58,994 nucleotides of DNA from an uncultured archaeon (lineage in GTDB: Archaea; Asgardarchaeota; Thorarchaeia; Thorarchaeales; Thorarchaeaceae), in assembly GCA_964558645.1 (NCBI GenBank), contig CAZLEV010000017.1:1-58994 (forward strand). The letters are read 5' to 3'. This document shows positions 9,095 through 18,634 of this stretch, in pieces (position 1 is the stretch's first letter; every line of letters starts with the position of its first letter). Made by a program: the position numbers and the translations under genes. Below the pieces are notes generated by a model. That model did no database searches. It had not been told where the DNA came from and worked only from the letters and a program-made list of their open reading frames with translations.

Positions 9095-9955
9095 TCAATG
9101 GCCAGAGCTGGGCAGAGTGGTCTTGCACTCTACGCTATCTGCACCGTAGTCAAAGTTCACTATGCGTCTATACTGTCTTAGGAGGTCCTCAAGATACTCC
9201 GCACAGCCGACAAGGACCACCCAACTATCATAGATATCCTGATTCTTTCGAGCACGAACATAGATGTCGAAATTATGCGGGGCAAGGGTAGGAACCCAAC
9301 CGGCTAAGTCAGCAAGGGTAAACAGATGTGCGCTTGCCCATGGATAAGCTCGCTCTTCGAACATCACATACGGCCAATAGGGTTCCCTATCTGGGTGATC
9401 CTCAATAAGCCCGGAACAACTCTCTTTCGTCCAGAATCCGAGCTCATTCAGACGGACAATATGAGGACGGATCAGCTCATCAACATAATCGATGAAGTCA
9501 CTGGTTTTTGGCCTTGAAACATCAAATGCCAACCACATTGTTCTGAACCATGCCTGAGCATTACTCCCCCACACAACTCCGGGCATGTGCCCCTGCTCAA
9601 TCCAGACCCTGTACGAGCTAAGCCGAAACCCCAGGTCACGGGCCACCGAACGAAGCGCATCCCATCTTGATTCCAGCAAGAGTCTCGACTCAGGGTCTTC
9701 TTCGGTGCCTGAAGCTGTATCGCAAATGAGTAGAATGTCACCGTTCGCATCCAGTGTTGCTCCCCACATCACAGCATGAGCAAGGGTGAAGGCATGTGCT
9801 TCACACCCAGGGTAGCTTGTATGGTCAAGTCGTAACCAACTCCACGACTCCTCCTCTCTGCTTAGGGATGCTTCTAGTACAACGAATCCCGGTTCTTCAA
9901 GAGCAGACACCAATGCGGTCTCGGAGTGACCCCTGCTATTACTCATCCCACACAA
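9095..9955 (-). CDS. Hypothetical protein with a TYW3/Taw3-like VD..I..LN...T..SCSG motif
   Basis: YVDELIRPHIVRLNELGFWTKESCSG. Confidence 0.6.
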   Translation of the reverse strand: MCGMSNSRGHSETALVSALEEPGFVVLEASLSREEESWSWLRLDHTSYPGCEAHAFTLAHAVMWGATLDANGDILLICDTASGTEEDPESRLLLESRWDALRSVARDLGFRLSSYRVWIEQGHMPGVVWGSNAQAWFRTMWLAFDVSRPKTSDFIDYVDELIRPHIVRLNELGFWTKESCSGLIEDHPDREPYWPYVMFEERAYPWASAHLFTLADLAGWVPTLAPHNFDIYVRARKNQDIYDSWVVLVGCAEYLEDLLRQYRRIVNFDYGADSVECKTTLPSSGH

Positions 9956-10078
9956 CTAATCGTCGTCAGTGCCATTAAGTCATTCGCAAAGAGTAGTCAG
10001 TTACGAGGCTGTGGATATGGAGCACGGTATGACACGGTGATAAATACCATAGTGCCGAGTAAGACATAGGCGAACCAT

Positions 10079-10450
10079 ATGGAACCACGAGATTTCCAAG
10101 GGGAACACGTCAAAGGACGAAACGATAGATTGGGTCATTTGGTCCTGCAAGAACTTCATCGCACAGCAAGAGTGCTCAAACACGATATCTACGATTCCAT
10201 TGATCAGGCTGTTCTCCTAGAGTGCGGCCAGAGACTGCAACGCGCTGTGGACGACCTCGCGCAAGATGTCTATGGCGGGAGAGTCTCGGTTGATTCGTTG
10301 GGAGTGCTTAAGGCATTCAAGACCGTGAACTGTCCAGACCTGACAAAGGACCTTGTTATGAGAGATAAGAAAAGGTCAGAACTCGCAAAAGAGCTCCGGC
10401 TGATGATCAATACCTTCGAGAATATAATCAGGCCAAGAACCATCAGCTGA
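10079..10450 (+). CDS. Hypothetical helical protein
   Basis: 123 aa ORF filling the gap upstream of the MBL gene, same strand. Confidence 0.6.
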   Translation: MEPRDFQGEHVKGRNDRLGHLVLQELHRTARVLKHDIYDSIDQAVLLECGQRLQRAVDDLAQDVYGGRVSVDSLGVLKAFKTVNCPDLTKDLVMRDKKRSELAKELRLMINTFENIIRPRTIS

Positions 10451-10508
10451 ATCATCAAATGTGGGGCAATATTGATTACCTACCCGATGCCTTGTTCATT
10501 CGGTTGCC

Positions 10509-11264
10509 ATGAAGGTCACAATGCTAGGGACGGGAACGTCTTTTCCAGATCCAGACCGGGTGCAGTCTGGCGTCATGGTCGAAGCGGCAGATACCGTGCT
10601 TCTGTTTGACATCGGGTCCGGTGTCTTGCATCGTCTTGTTCAGACTGGAATCGAGATCACTAAGATTGAACACCTCTTCATAAGTCACTTTCACATCGAC
10701 CACTGCTCTGACTTTCTCACTCTTTGTCAGAGCCTTTGGCTGAGCGGCTACGAGAAGACACTGCATGTATACGCACCTTCGTATGTTAAGCGATGGTGGA
10801 AGGGTATTTTCGAGTATTCCTTCGAGTATATGACCGACAGGATAGACATCGAGGTCATCGAACTCGAGCCAGAACACGTGGTGGAGATTGGCGGAACAAC
10901 AGTGACGAGTTGCCAAACAGCCCATGGTGACCGTGACTCGCGGGCCTTCAAGGTGACGCATGAAAACAAGACGGTTGTCTACACGTCAGACACGGGCCCC
11001 CATGAGAGAATCGTGCGATTTGCCCAAGGTGCAGACATTCTCATCCATGAATGCAACTGGCTCGACGGCGAGCACGACAAGAATGTCCACACGACTCCAT
11101 CGGAGCTGAACGAGATTGTGAGGAGCACTGGAGCCAAGACGGTCATCATCGACCACGTGTCTCCTGATGTTGTGGAGAACGCCGAACACGTGCTCAGAGT
11201 AATCAGAACAGATACTGACGCCGAGGTCATACTCGGAGAGGATCTTATGGTTCGCCAGCTGTGA
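10509..11264 (+). CDS. MBL-fold metallo-hydrolase, RNase Z/AtsA-like
   Basis: LGTG, LFDIGSG, SHFHIDH, YTSDTG, LIHEC, HTTP motifs. Confidence 0.92.
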   Translation: MKVTMLGTGTSFPDPDRVQSGVMVEAADTVLLFDIGSGVLHRLVQTGIEITKIEHLFISHFHIDHCSDFLTLCQSLWLSGYEKTLHVYAPSYVKRWWKGIFEYSFEYMTDRIDIEVIELEPEHVVEIGGTTVTSCQTAHGDRDSRAFKVTHENKTVVYTSDTGPHERIVRFAQGADILIHECNWLDGEHDKNVHTTPSELNEIVRSTGAKTVIIDHVSPDVVENAEHVLRVIRTDTDAEVILGEDLMVRQL

Positions 11265-11443
11265 CCAGTCGGATGAGTATGTCATATGAGGATTTATTAG
11301 GTTATATGATAACGGTATGTCAGCGAGTGCGGGAATTACCTCGCGATAGCCCTGAAAAGCAATCATACTCCCCCTCCCTCAGAAATCAGGATTTCCTGAT
11401 TCTGGTGCACTACACTCTCTCTCTCCCGCACCCGCCTACTTCT

Positions 11444-11896
11444 TTACACCTTCTTGTCAGGAATGTACATCAGTCTGATGTTCCTCGACCCGAAGACGGA
11501 CATGAAGACAACTAGGGGAGCCATCAGGGTGAGTCCCTGAATCTCCGGCAAGATGAGTGGGATGCCATTCTGTACAATCCAGTATCCATTAACAGCTAAG
11601 ATGATGAAATAGGCCAGCCCATGAAGGGCGTTGAAGTATGCTGCACCCCTCGCAAACCTGTAGGAAAGGTGCTTGTGCACATAATGGGTTTCTTGAAAGA
11701 CCACCATCAGGAAGAACAGTGTCACTATAGTCAGTACAGTGTATCCGAAGGCGTAGAACAAGAGATAGCTGCCAATGATCCCTGATGCCACATAGAAGTA
11801 GGTCCTCATGGGGTTGAAGGGGCGGCGTTTCTCCTTCTGCTCATCTTCTTGAACTCCCGGTTCGGTCTTCTGATCTTGCTGATTGCCTTCTTCCAC
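11444..11896 (-). CDS. Multi-pass membrane hypothetical protein
   Basis: About 4 hydrophobic segments after a charged N-terminus. Confidence 0.7.
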   Translation of the reverse strand: MEEGNQQDQKTEPGVQEDEQKEKRRPFNPMRTYFYVASGIIGSYLLFYAFGYTVLTIVTLFFLMVVFQETHYVHKHLSYRFARGAAYFNALHGLAYFIILAVNGYWIVQNGIPLILPEIQGLTLMAPLVVFMSVFGSRNIRLMYIPDKKV

Positions 11897-12005
11897 TGAG
11901 GCACACCCATGCTGCTACCGGTCTGTATCCTAATAACTTCGGTCCTAGGAGCAACAGGGAGTCTCTGAGGCCCCCGTTGTGGGGAACCCTTCTTTTTCAT
12001 GTTCT

Positions 12006-12308
12006 TCAGTTCTCCACGTACCGGTCTCCCTTAGGAATCCGTTGTCGTATACGGTGACTCCTCACGGCAAGATAGGCGAAGTACAGGAAAGGTAGTTCTC
12101 CAAGCAGAATGAATGGATTCTCGGCGATATCCCCAAGGAAGAACAGGAAAAGGGCAAGACCCGTTATGACCATTAGGAGTTGCCATTTGAACTCACCTGC
12201 TATCTTACACTCTTGTGAGCAATAGAGTCTACCCGCACTGGCCACCCAGTCTATGCTCTCATCCGTCCCGCACCAGTCACACCGCGCGTGATACCCCGTT
12301 ATTTCCAC
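12006..12308 (-). CDS. Small zinc-finger (CxxC...YCSxxC) membrane protein
   Basis: CDWCG...LYCSQEC followed by two TM helices. Confidence 0.7.
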   Translation of the reverse strand: MEITGYHARCDWCGTDESIDWVASAGRLYCSQECKIAGEFKWQLLMVITGLALFLFFLGDIAENPFILLGELPFLYFAYLAVRSHRIRQRIPKGDRYVEN

Positions 12309-12457
12309 CTCTATCCTTTGACCGACACTCAGAGATAAGTCTTTCAGAGAATTAGATAGAACAGAACAGGTAGCCCCGAGAGCATCAGGTCAATGTTTTT
12401 AACATAAGAGGCCGGAATAGGACACAGAACCATAATACAATGGATACGGTGTGATAA

Positions 12458-13339
12458 ATGGCCGATGCAATTGAATGGACTAATGCTGGGGCTGATGAGA
12501 TAGTCTGGCGTTATCCTGATAATCGAATTAAATGGGGTTCCCAACTCGTCGTGATGGAGAACCAAGCCGCAATTTTCTACAGAGACGGAAAGGCTTTGGA
12601 CACTTTTATTGCTGGTCGTCACAAGCTGACCACAAGCAGCATGCCCAGCCTGGTGGGCTGGCTGCAGAAGAAGGTGAAAGGTGATGTATTCCAAGCGACC
12701 TGCATCTTCATCTCAAGAGGACAATTCCAGGGGAAGTTTGGCGGCCGAGGACAAACAAGCGATCTGGCGCCTCTGATGTTCCACGGAAACTTCTGGTTCA
12801 GAGTGAAGGAGCCAAAGATATTCGTCACTGAAGTAGTCGGTAATCAGAATGCATTCTCAACTAAGAAGATCAACGACTACCTACGCTCATTCATGAACGA
12901 GCGCGTGATTGACGAGTTTGCTCACTACGACCTCCAGGCAGTCTTCACTCAGCTAGATGAGACCTCAATGAAGGTCAAGACCAAGGTCAGAATGAACTTC
13001 GAGCGAATAGGACTTGAGCTTGTTGACCTAAAGTTTGAGGGAATCGACACAACTGAGAAGTACCGTGAGCGGCTCTTCTGGCTCCGCACTGGTGGTGTCA
13101 GTGGTGGTCAGGTTATGGGTTCCGAGACCATGAGGTCTGCAGCTGAATCTCTGGGCAAGAGTCCCGGAGCAGGATTCGGTGCAGGCATGGGATTCATGGG
13201 AGCTATGGGCCAGCAGATGCAGGGCGGCCAACAGCAGGGTGGCGGATCTGCTCCAGCAGGATCCAAGTTCTGTCCTAACTGCGGCACGAAACTTGAGGGC
13301 GCGAAGTTCTGCCCGAACTGCGGAACAAAAGTCGGATAG
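12458..13339 (+). CDS. SPFH/band-7 domain protein with double zinc ribbon (YdjI-like)
   Basis: IVWRYP..IKWGSQLVVMENQAAIF..DGK, GAGFGAGMG linker, two FCPNCGTK repeats. Confidence 0.92.
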   Translation: MADAIEWTNAGADEIVWRYPDNRIKWGSQLVVMENQAAIFYRDGKALDTFIAGRHKLTTSSMPSLVGWLQKKVKGDVFQATCIFISRGQFQGKFGGRGQTSDLAPLMFHGNFWFRVKEPKIFVTEVVGNQNAFSTKKINDYLRSFMNERVIDEFAHYDLQAVFTQLDETSMKVKTKVRMNFERIGLELVDLKFEGIDTTEKYRERLFWLRTGGVSGGQVMGSETMRSAAESLGKSPGAGFGAGMGFMGAMGQQMQGGQQQGGGSAPAGSKFCPNCGTKLEGAKFCPNCGTKVG

Positions 13340-13350
13340 TCTAGTTCAAG

Positions 13351-13384
13351 GGAGGTGCATGCACCTTCCTCACTCTTCTTTCTA
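13351..13384 (+). terminator. Palindromic hairpin (aggtgcatgcacct) plus pyrimidine tract
   Basis: Seen directly after the SPFH stop codon. Confidence 0.6.
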
Positions 13385-13500
13385 TTGTATCCACCCATTA
13401 GTCAGAGCTCGATTTGTAAGGCTGAGAGGTATCCTGGTTGCACTAGGGCATCCCTGAGCACGAATCAGACAACAGCCTTAGAGAACTAATAGGAGAGTAT

Positions 13501-15918
13501 GTGCTTCATCTCAATCACGTGAGAATGAGGTTGGTCGGGCACAGCACAGACTTCATAGAGTTGATTCGTTACCGTTCCATGGACGCACGACACTCTATAT
13601 CCAAGACTTTCCAACTCGCAATGAACTGTATTACCCTCGTAGTGCAAGGGAAGATTAGTGGCAAGACTCAGTATAACCTGAGACACTTGCAGAAAGGATA
13701 CGACAACCCTACGTTGGCAGACACACTTCTGTACGATATCTCAGGACCGGATGATATCGCACTGGACATAATACGACCTGAAGTGCCCCTGTCCACGGAT
13801 AAGCGTGAAGCGATTATCGAGTGCCTCTGGTCAGATATCCAGCAGGGGGAGAACCGTAGCACACTCCATGAGATGCTCCAGCGAGCAAGAGATGCGCATT
13901 TCCACTTGACAAGCACGCTGCTCGAACATAGAGGTCATCCTGAGAGGTCGAAGGCAAACAGACTGTTGGAGCTTCTTGGAAAGACCGCCACTAGACCTGC
14001 CTGCGGGTATGATCTAGCCGCAATCAGGGAGGGGACTTATTGGCACGACTGCATCTTAGATATCCTGCACGAACAGCTCATCGTGCCCCTCGCCACTGCA
14101 ACCTCTAACACTCAACTCAACGATGACCGGTCACTTCATTCTCTGCGGAAGAAGACCGGTTCATTCTATACGCCGCCGCGTGTGGCCAGATACATATCGG
14201 GCCAGACTCTCACCCGCTGGCTTGAACACAGAGCAGGGCCACCGACTGCTGACGGGGGATTTCATGCTCTAATTCCAAAGAGAAGAACTCGCATCTTGGA
14301 GTTCCTGAAGAGCGTTAGGATCTTGGACCCTGCCGTCGGAGCGGGGATCTTCTTGATTCAAGCAGGTGAATGGCTGCTCAAACTTAGAAGAGCATTTGGC
14401 GATAATCTCACTCTATCGGAGATGAAACGGGAGATTGTCGCCAAGAACTTGTACGGGGTCGACATTCTGCCAGATTCAGTAGTTGCATCACGCCGTCGTC
14501 TGGCCCTCTGGTGTTCATCAGGCGAAACCTCTCTTCAAGAAGGGCAAGTCCAGAGTATTGTCAATCGCATCAGGAAAGGGAATAGCTTACTAGGCATGAC
14601 CCTCCATTCGAAGAATGCCCCCTCATGTCTTGGAGATACTGACATCTTCTTCCATTGGCCGCAGAACTTACCTCATGTTTTTCGAAGCGGCGGCTTCGAC
14701 ATTGTCATTGGCAATCCTCCGTATGGAAATATTCTCTCTGACTATGAAAAGCGAGTCATTGATGCGACTGCCCGGTGGAGTGTGAGCGGAGGAAGGTCGG
14801 GAACATGGAATGCCGCACCTCTCTTCCTTGTAAGAGGAAGAGAACTGCTAAATGGGAATGGCCACATGGGAATGCTTCTTCCCAACAGCATCCTCCGAGT
14901 CGGCCAGTTCCAGAAGACAAGAGAGTTCATGCTGAAAGAGCTGGACATCTTAGAGATTCAAGATGAAGCCAGCCCAATCGACGATATCACGTTGGAGCTC
15001 TTCAGCCTGATTGCTGCCGTTCCGAAGTCCCGTCGAAGTCGCGATGTTCTCATCAGGTCAAATAGAAAGGGGATTCGGGAACGGAATGTGGTTCGCAGAA
15101 GCTCGTTGGAACAATCGAAGATCTTCGTCCTGTATCACGATGATATTCTGGAGTTAGCTCGCAAGAGAGGCAAGGCAGGCCTTCTGAGCGCCTCAAGGGG
15201 TAGAGACATCCCTTCGAGTCATGTTCGAAAAAAATCTGGAGGATCATTCTCTGTACCCTATGCAACAAGTGGCCGCAGCGTCCGACGGTACAGGATTGAT
15301 TGGGACTATCTCAGATATGTGGATGACTGGTTCAAAGAAGATGCTGCTCTTATGGAATCGTACGAGAACTCATTCCTGATAGCCACGAAGAACCTACCCT
15401 TTCCAAGAACCCTTCTCAAGCCAAGAGGGCTGATTCACGGAGGAGGTATCGTCAAGATTGACATCCATGATTCCGGAGTTGCTCCATCCACCGTGGGGAT
15501 GATCCTGAACTCAACTATGGCGAGGTATCTCTGTATCAGGTACCTCACTAATTATTCGGAGCTCACTACATGCCTCAATACTGGTATCATGGATGAGCTG
15601 CCGATAGTCCTCCCCGAGTGTCAGGAGGTCTACGGGTGGATATTCAACGAACTCCAAAGGCGACATTGCCATGCTCGCACACACGATAATCTCACCATGC
15701 AACTTGATGCTCTAGCGGATGCTCTGGTCTATGAGGCATACCTCTTGGATGATTCCTGCTTGGACCAGACGGCCCATGAGGTTCTGAAGAGGAACTGCTT
15801 ACATCATAATGGGCTGAGGACTACCAAGGAGATTGTGGAAGGCACATCAAAGCTCGTCTCAGAAATTATGAGTTCGGAGGAAGTCAAGAGGGTCGAGAAC
15901 TCCCCAAGGATGAACTGA
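13501..15918 (+). CDS. N6-adenine DNA methyltransferase, Eco57I/TaqI-like (gamma class) with C-terminal target-recognition region
   Basis: RKKTGSFYTP, ILDPAVGAGIFL, LYGVDI, GGFDIVIGNPPY; the true start is probably downstream of 13501. Confidence 0.88.
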   Translation: MLHLNHVRMRLVGHSTDFIELIRYRSMDARHSISKTFQLAMNCITLVVQGKISGKTQYNLRHLQKGYDNPTLADTLLYDISGPDDIALDIIRPEVPLSTDKREAIIECLWSDIQQGENRSTLHEMLQRARDAHFHLTSTLLEHRGHPERSKANRLLELLGKTATRPACGYDLAAIREGTYWHDCILDILHEQLIVPLATATSNTQLNDDRSLHSLRKKTGSFYTPPRVARYISGQTLTRWLEHRAGPPTADGGFHALIPKRRTRILEFLKSVRILDPAVGAGIFLIQAGEWLLKLRRAFGDNLTLSEMKREIVAKNLYGVDILPDSVVASRRRLALWCSSGETSLQEGQVQSIVNRIRKGNSLLGMTLHSKNAPSCLGDTDIFFHWPQNLPHVFRSGGFDIVIGNPPYGNILSDYEKRVIDATARWSVSGGRSGTWNAAPLFLVRGRELLNGNGHMGMLLPNSILRVGQFQKTREFMLKELDILEIQDEASPIDDITLELFSLIAAVPKSRRSRDVLIRSNRKGIRERNVVRRSSLEQSKIFVLYHDDILELARKRGKAGLLSASRGRDIPSSHVRKKSGGSFSVPYATSGRSVRRYRIDWDYLRYVDDWFKEDAALMESYENSFLIATKNLPFPRTLLKPRGLIHGGGIVKIDIHDSGVAPSTVGMILNSTMARYLCIRYLTNYSELTTCLNTGIMDELPIVLPECQEVYGWIFNELQRRHCHARTHDNLTMQLDALADALVYEAYLLDDSCLDQTAHEVLKRNCLHHNGLRTTKEIVEGTSKLVSEIMSSEEVKRVENSPRMN

Positions 15919-15976
15919 GAATCACATAGATACTGAACCTTAAATACTATCAAAGCGAGTCGCCGGCTGAGAACCG

Positions 15977-16567
15977 ATGGCTGAGAACAACGAGTCACAT
16001 TCCGAATCTTCAGAGATGGCAGATGATATTATCGGAGCGTTGGAGGAGCACGAAGATGATGATGGCCTGACCGAGAGAGAGCGGGAGATAGAAAGCAAGA
16101 GAGAAGAGGAGCGGATTCGCAAGGCCAGAGAGCTCAAGAAGCAACTTCGAAAACGAGAGCTTGGCCTTCTTCATTACAGATGGCCGGCGGTGATTCTTGT
16201 ACTGGCAGGGGTTCTAGCAATTCTAACAGAATTTGGACAAGTGATGACTCGTCCTCCAGAGATCGGCTTCGATAGTTTTCTCCATGGTTTTTCGATGACA
16301 GGAAATGTATTCTTTCTCTTCCCCGTAATCGCTGGAGCTTTATTCATTCTCTGTGGAGTCTGGGCTTATTCAGACCCCAGAGCCACCTTTGCATCACTAA
16401 TCCCCGGGGCACTGATGGCCATGGCTGGTGCGACTGTCTACATGTTGGTAGAATTTGCTCTGGTGGCCAATCCAGATGCAGAAGTGGCAACCACAAACAT
16501 ACCACTTAGTATGCTGATCGTGGCAGCACTTTCAGTACTGGCCATTCTCATGCGTGAAAAGGAATAA
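15977..16567 (+). CDS. Membrane protein with acidic/charged N-terminal helix and 4 TM segments
   Basis: Composition and hydrophobicity pattern. Confidence 0.75.
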   Translation: MAENNESHSESSEMADDIIGALEEHEDDDGLTEREREIESKREEERIRKARELKKQLRKRELGLLHYRWPAVILVLAGVLAILTEFGQVMTRPPEIGFDSFLHGFSMTGNVFFLFPVIAGALFILCGVWAYSDPRATFASLIPGALMAMAGATVYMLVEFALVANPDAEVATTNIPLSMLIVAALSVLAILMREKE

Positions 16568-16586
16568 ACAGAACGTGCCGAAGCCG

Positions 16587-17153
16587 TCACCTGATGTAGT
16601 CATCGAGTATTCCTTTCTCTTCGAGAAGATCCATCCAGTCAATACGTTTCGTCGGTTCATCAGAGTCAAAGAAACCAACAATCAGTTTCACTGCCTCTTC
16701 AGCAGACATATCGGAAGTGTCTATTTCAAATACAAATTCCTCTCCAAATGAATCAAGAGCGTCCAGCTGGCATACACCGAATACCTCGGCCTCTACGTTT
16801 TCAGCTATCTTAGGCTCAGAATACCCTCTAGAACGAAGACGCTCTCTCAAGATATCTGGATGGGTTCGCAGGATGACGGTGAAGTCAAGGGATGACCAGG
16901 GAACAAGGTCCACATAATGGCCTTCGATTATGAGATCCTCCTCTCTATCATATAGGACATCCATAAGCGCTTCCACTAGACAGTCTTCATCTATGACAGT
17001 TGTGTCACGCTCTAGGTCTTCCTCGGTGATACACCCTGATTCGATAGCAACATCTCCGAGGTTAATCACTTCTCTTCCAAGCGCTTTTCCCAGCCGTTCC
17101 GCAATCGTCGTCTTGCCTGTACAGGGTGTTCCGCCAATAGCAATTATCTTCAT
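16587..17153 (-). CDS. Adenylate kinase/ATPase, Fap7/AK6 (hCINAP) family
   Basis: MKIIAIGGTPCTGKTT P-loop, IIEGHY, RLRSRGYSEPKIAENVEAE; start re-called at ATG 17153. Confidence 0.93.
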   Translation of the reverse strand: MKIIAIGGTPCTGKTTIAERLGKALGREVINLGDVAIESGCITEEDLERDTTVIDEDCLVEALMDVLYDREEDLIIEGHYVDLVPWSSLDFTVILRTHPDILRERLRSRGYSEPKIAENVEAEVFGVCQLDALDSFGEEFVFEIDTSDMSAEEAVKLIVGFFDSDEPTKRIDWMDLLEEKGILDDYIR

Positions 17154-17280
17154 AGTCGATATCTGTCCTCCCTGACTTCTTAGCAGAACTAGTTGTGTGA
17201 AAAAGTAAACGGTACGAACAAGAAGACTGAGGACCCAAACCAAAGCTATTTCACCTAAGGGTTGATAGTAAATACAGAGG

Positions 17281-18033
17281 ATGAACTCAGTGTACTCAAA
17301 GCCACCAACATTGCTGCCGTTTGTGCTGTTCATAGTGACACTTGTAGCCGCGGTTATGCTTTGGTGGACGAACACTGTTCTGTCCATGATTCTGGTGATT
17401 CTTGGACTCTCAGCTCTTGTTTTTGGGTTATGCCATGGGTTAGACTTGCTGGCCGTCGAACAGAGAGCTAGAGAATCTCAGCAGAAACATGGGTATTCTA
17501 CACGATATCTGGACCAGTTCATGCAGGACCTTTCAGAACGTATGGAGAGGGACCTAGCAGAAGCCGCAGAAGATAAAAAGAAAGTGTCACTGGCCGAAGG
17601 ACTTGAGGCACTGGAGGACGGGTCAGAGGACATTCACAGGATACCTCCTTCGGTCATCAATGGAATCGGTCGAGAATATCAAGAGAAACTTGCGAGTTTC
17701 GGCATAACCAGAATTGAGCAGCTTGCGGATGCGGATCCAAAGATGGTAGCTGATCACTGTCGTGTGGATGTGGAGGAAGCGGAAGACTGGGTGTCTGATG
17801 CTGCGGCCATTGTCCACGGAGCCAGAATATCAAGTATCATAGAGTTGTCCATGTCTGTTCCCGAGGAGATACTCGAAAGAATCGACAGGTCTATCCGAGA
17901 GGGAAAACTTGACCTTCCAGATGACTATGAAGTTTCCATGTGGAGTGTTCGACAGTGGATAGAAGGGGCGAATAGAGCAATCACTGGAAGGGGTTCAGAG
18001 GACATGGAGAGATGGTGGCGACGAAGACCATAG
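17281..18033 (+). CDS. Membrane-anchored helix-hairpin-helix (DUF4332-like) protein
   Basis: Two N-terminal TM helices; INGIGREYQEKLASFGITRIEQLADAD HhH. Confidence 0.75.
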   Translation: MNSVYSKPPTLLPFVLFIVTLVAAVMLWWTNTVLSMILVILGLSALVFGLCHGLDLLAVEQRARESQQKHGYSTRYLDQFMQDLSERMERDLAEAAEDKKKVSLAEGLEALEDGSEDIHRIPPSVINGIGREYQEKLASFGITRIEQLADADPKMVADHCRVDVEEAEDWVSDAAAIVHGARISSIIELSMSVPEEILERIDRSIREGKLDLPDDYEVSMWSVRQWIEGANRAITGRGSEDMERWWRRRP

Positions 18034-18124
18034 AAACCCGACGCCTTAACTCATTATGCATGAGCTTGGCACAATCCATAAAAGAGGACTGAAATGCTAA
18101 GTTCGAAACGCAGCTGGGTAGGAA

Positions 18125-18634
18125 ATGATTCAAGTGACTAAGGACTGGGTCATCCGTCAGTTCAAAGAGGAAGACCTTCCGAGAGTTGTCAGGATAAATC
18201 GCGATTGTCTACCTGAGAACTATCCGGAACGTTTCTTCTTGGGTCTGCACTACCATGCACCGAAAGCATTTCTTGTGGCAGAGAAGGATGACGCCGTCAT
18301 TGGATACATGATGTGTAGAATCGAGAGGGGCATCTCAAGTTTCGGGAGACTTCCCACCAAGAAGGGACATATTGTTTCTGTGGCCGTCTTGCCCGAATTT
18401 CGACATCTTGGGATCGGTACAGACCTCGTAGAGCACGGAATCGAGGGGATGGTTGAGTATGGTGCCTCAGAGTTCTTTCTAGAGGTGCGAAACACAAACA
18501 AAGCTGCAATCTCAGTCTACGAAACTCTTGGATTTGAGGTAAAGAGAGTACTCAAAGGATACTACAGAGACGGAGAAGACGCCTACTTAATGGTGAAGGA
18601 ATATGACCAGCCTTCCGAGGGTGACTCCGATTGA
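18125..18634 (+). CDS. ard1: N-terminal acetyltransferase, Ard1/RimI family
   Basis: INRDCLPENY, GHIVSVAVLPEFRHLGIG, LEVRNTN, YYRDGEDA. Confidence 0.93.
   Translation: MIQVTKDWVIRQFKEEDLPRVVRINRDCLPENYPERFFLGLHYHAPKAFLVAEKDDAVIGYMMCRIERGISSFGRLPTKKGHIVSVAVLPEFRHLGIGTDLVEHGIEGMVEYGASEFFLEVRNTNKAAISVYETLGFEVKRVLKGYYRDGEDAYLMVKEYDQPSEGDSD

Noticed and set aside
13267-13330. Short direct repeat (aagttctg.cc.aactgcgg.ac.aaa)
   Set aside because: Explained by the double zinc-ribbon coding repeat of the SPFH protein
17154-17387. N-terminal membrane extension on adenylate kinase
   Set aside because: Overlaps the divergent gene; the P-loop family start with an SD is at 17153
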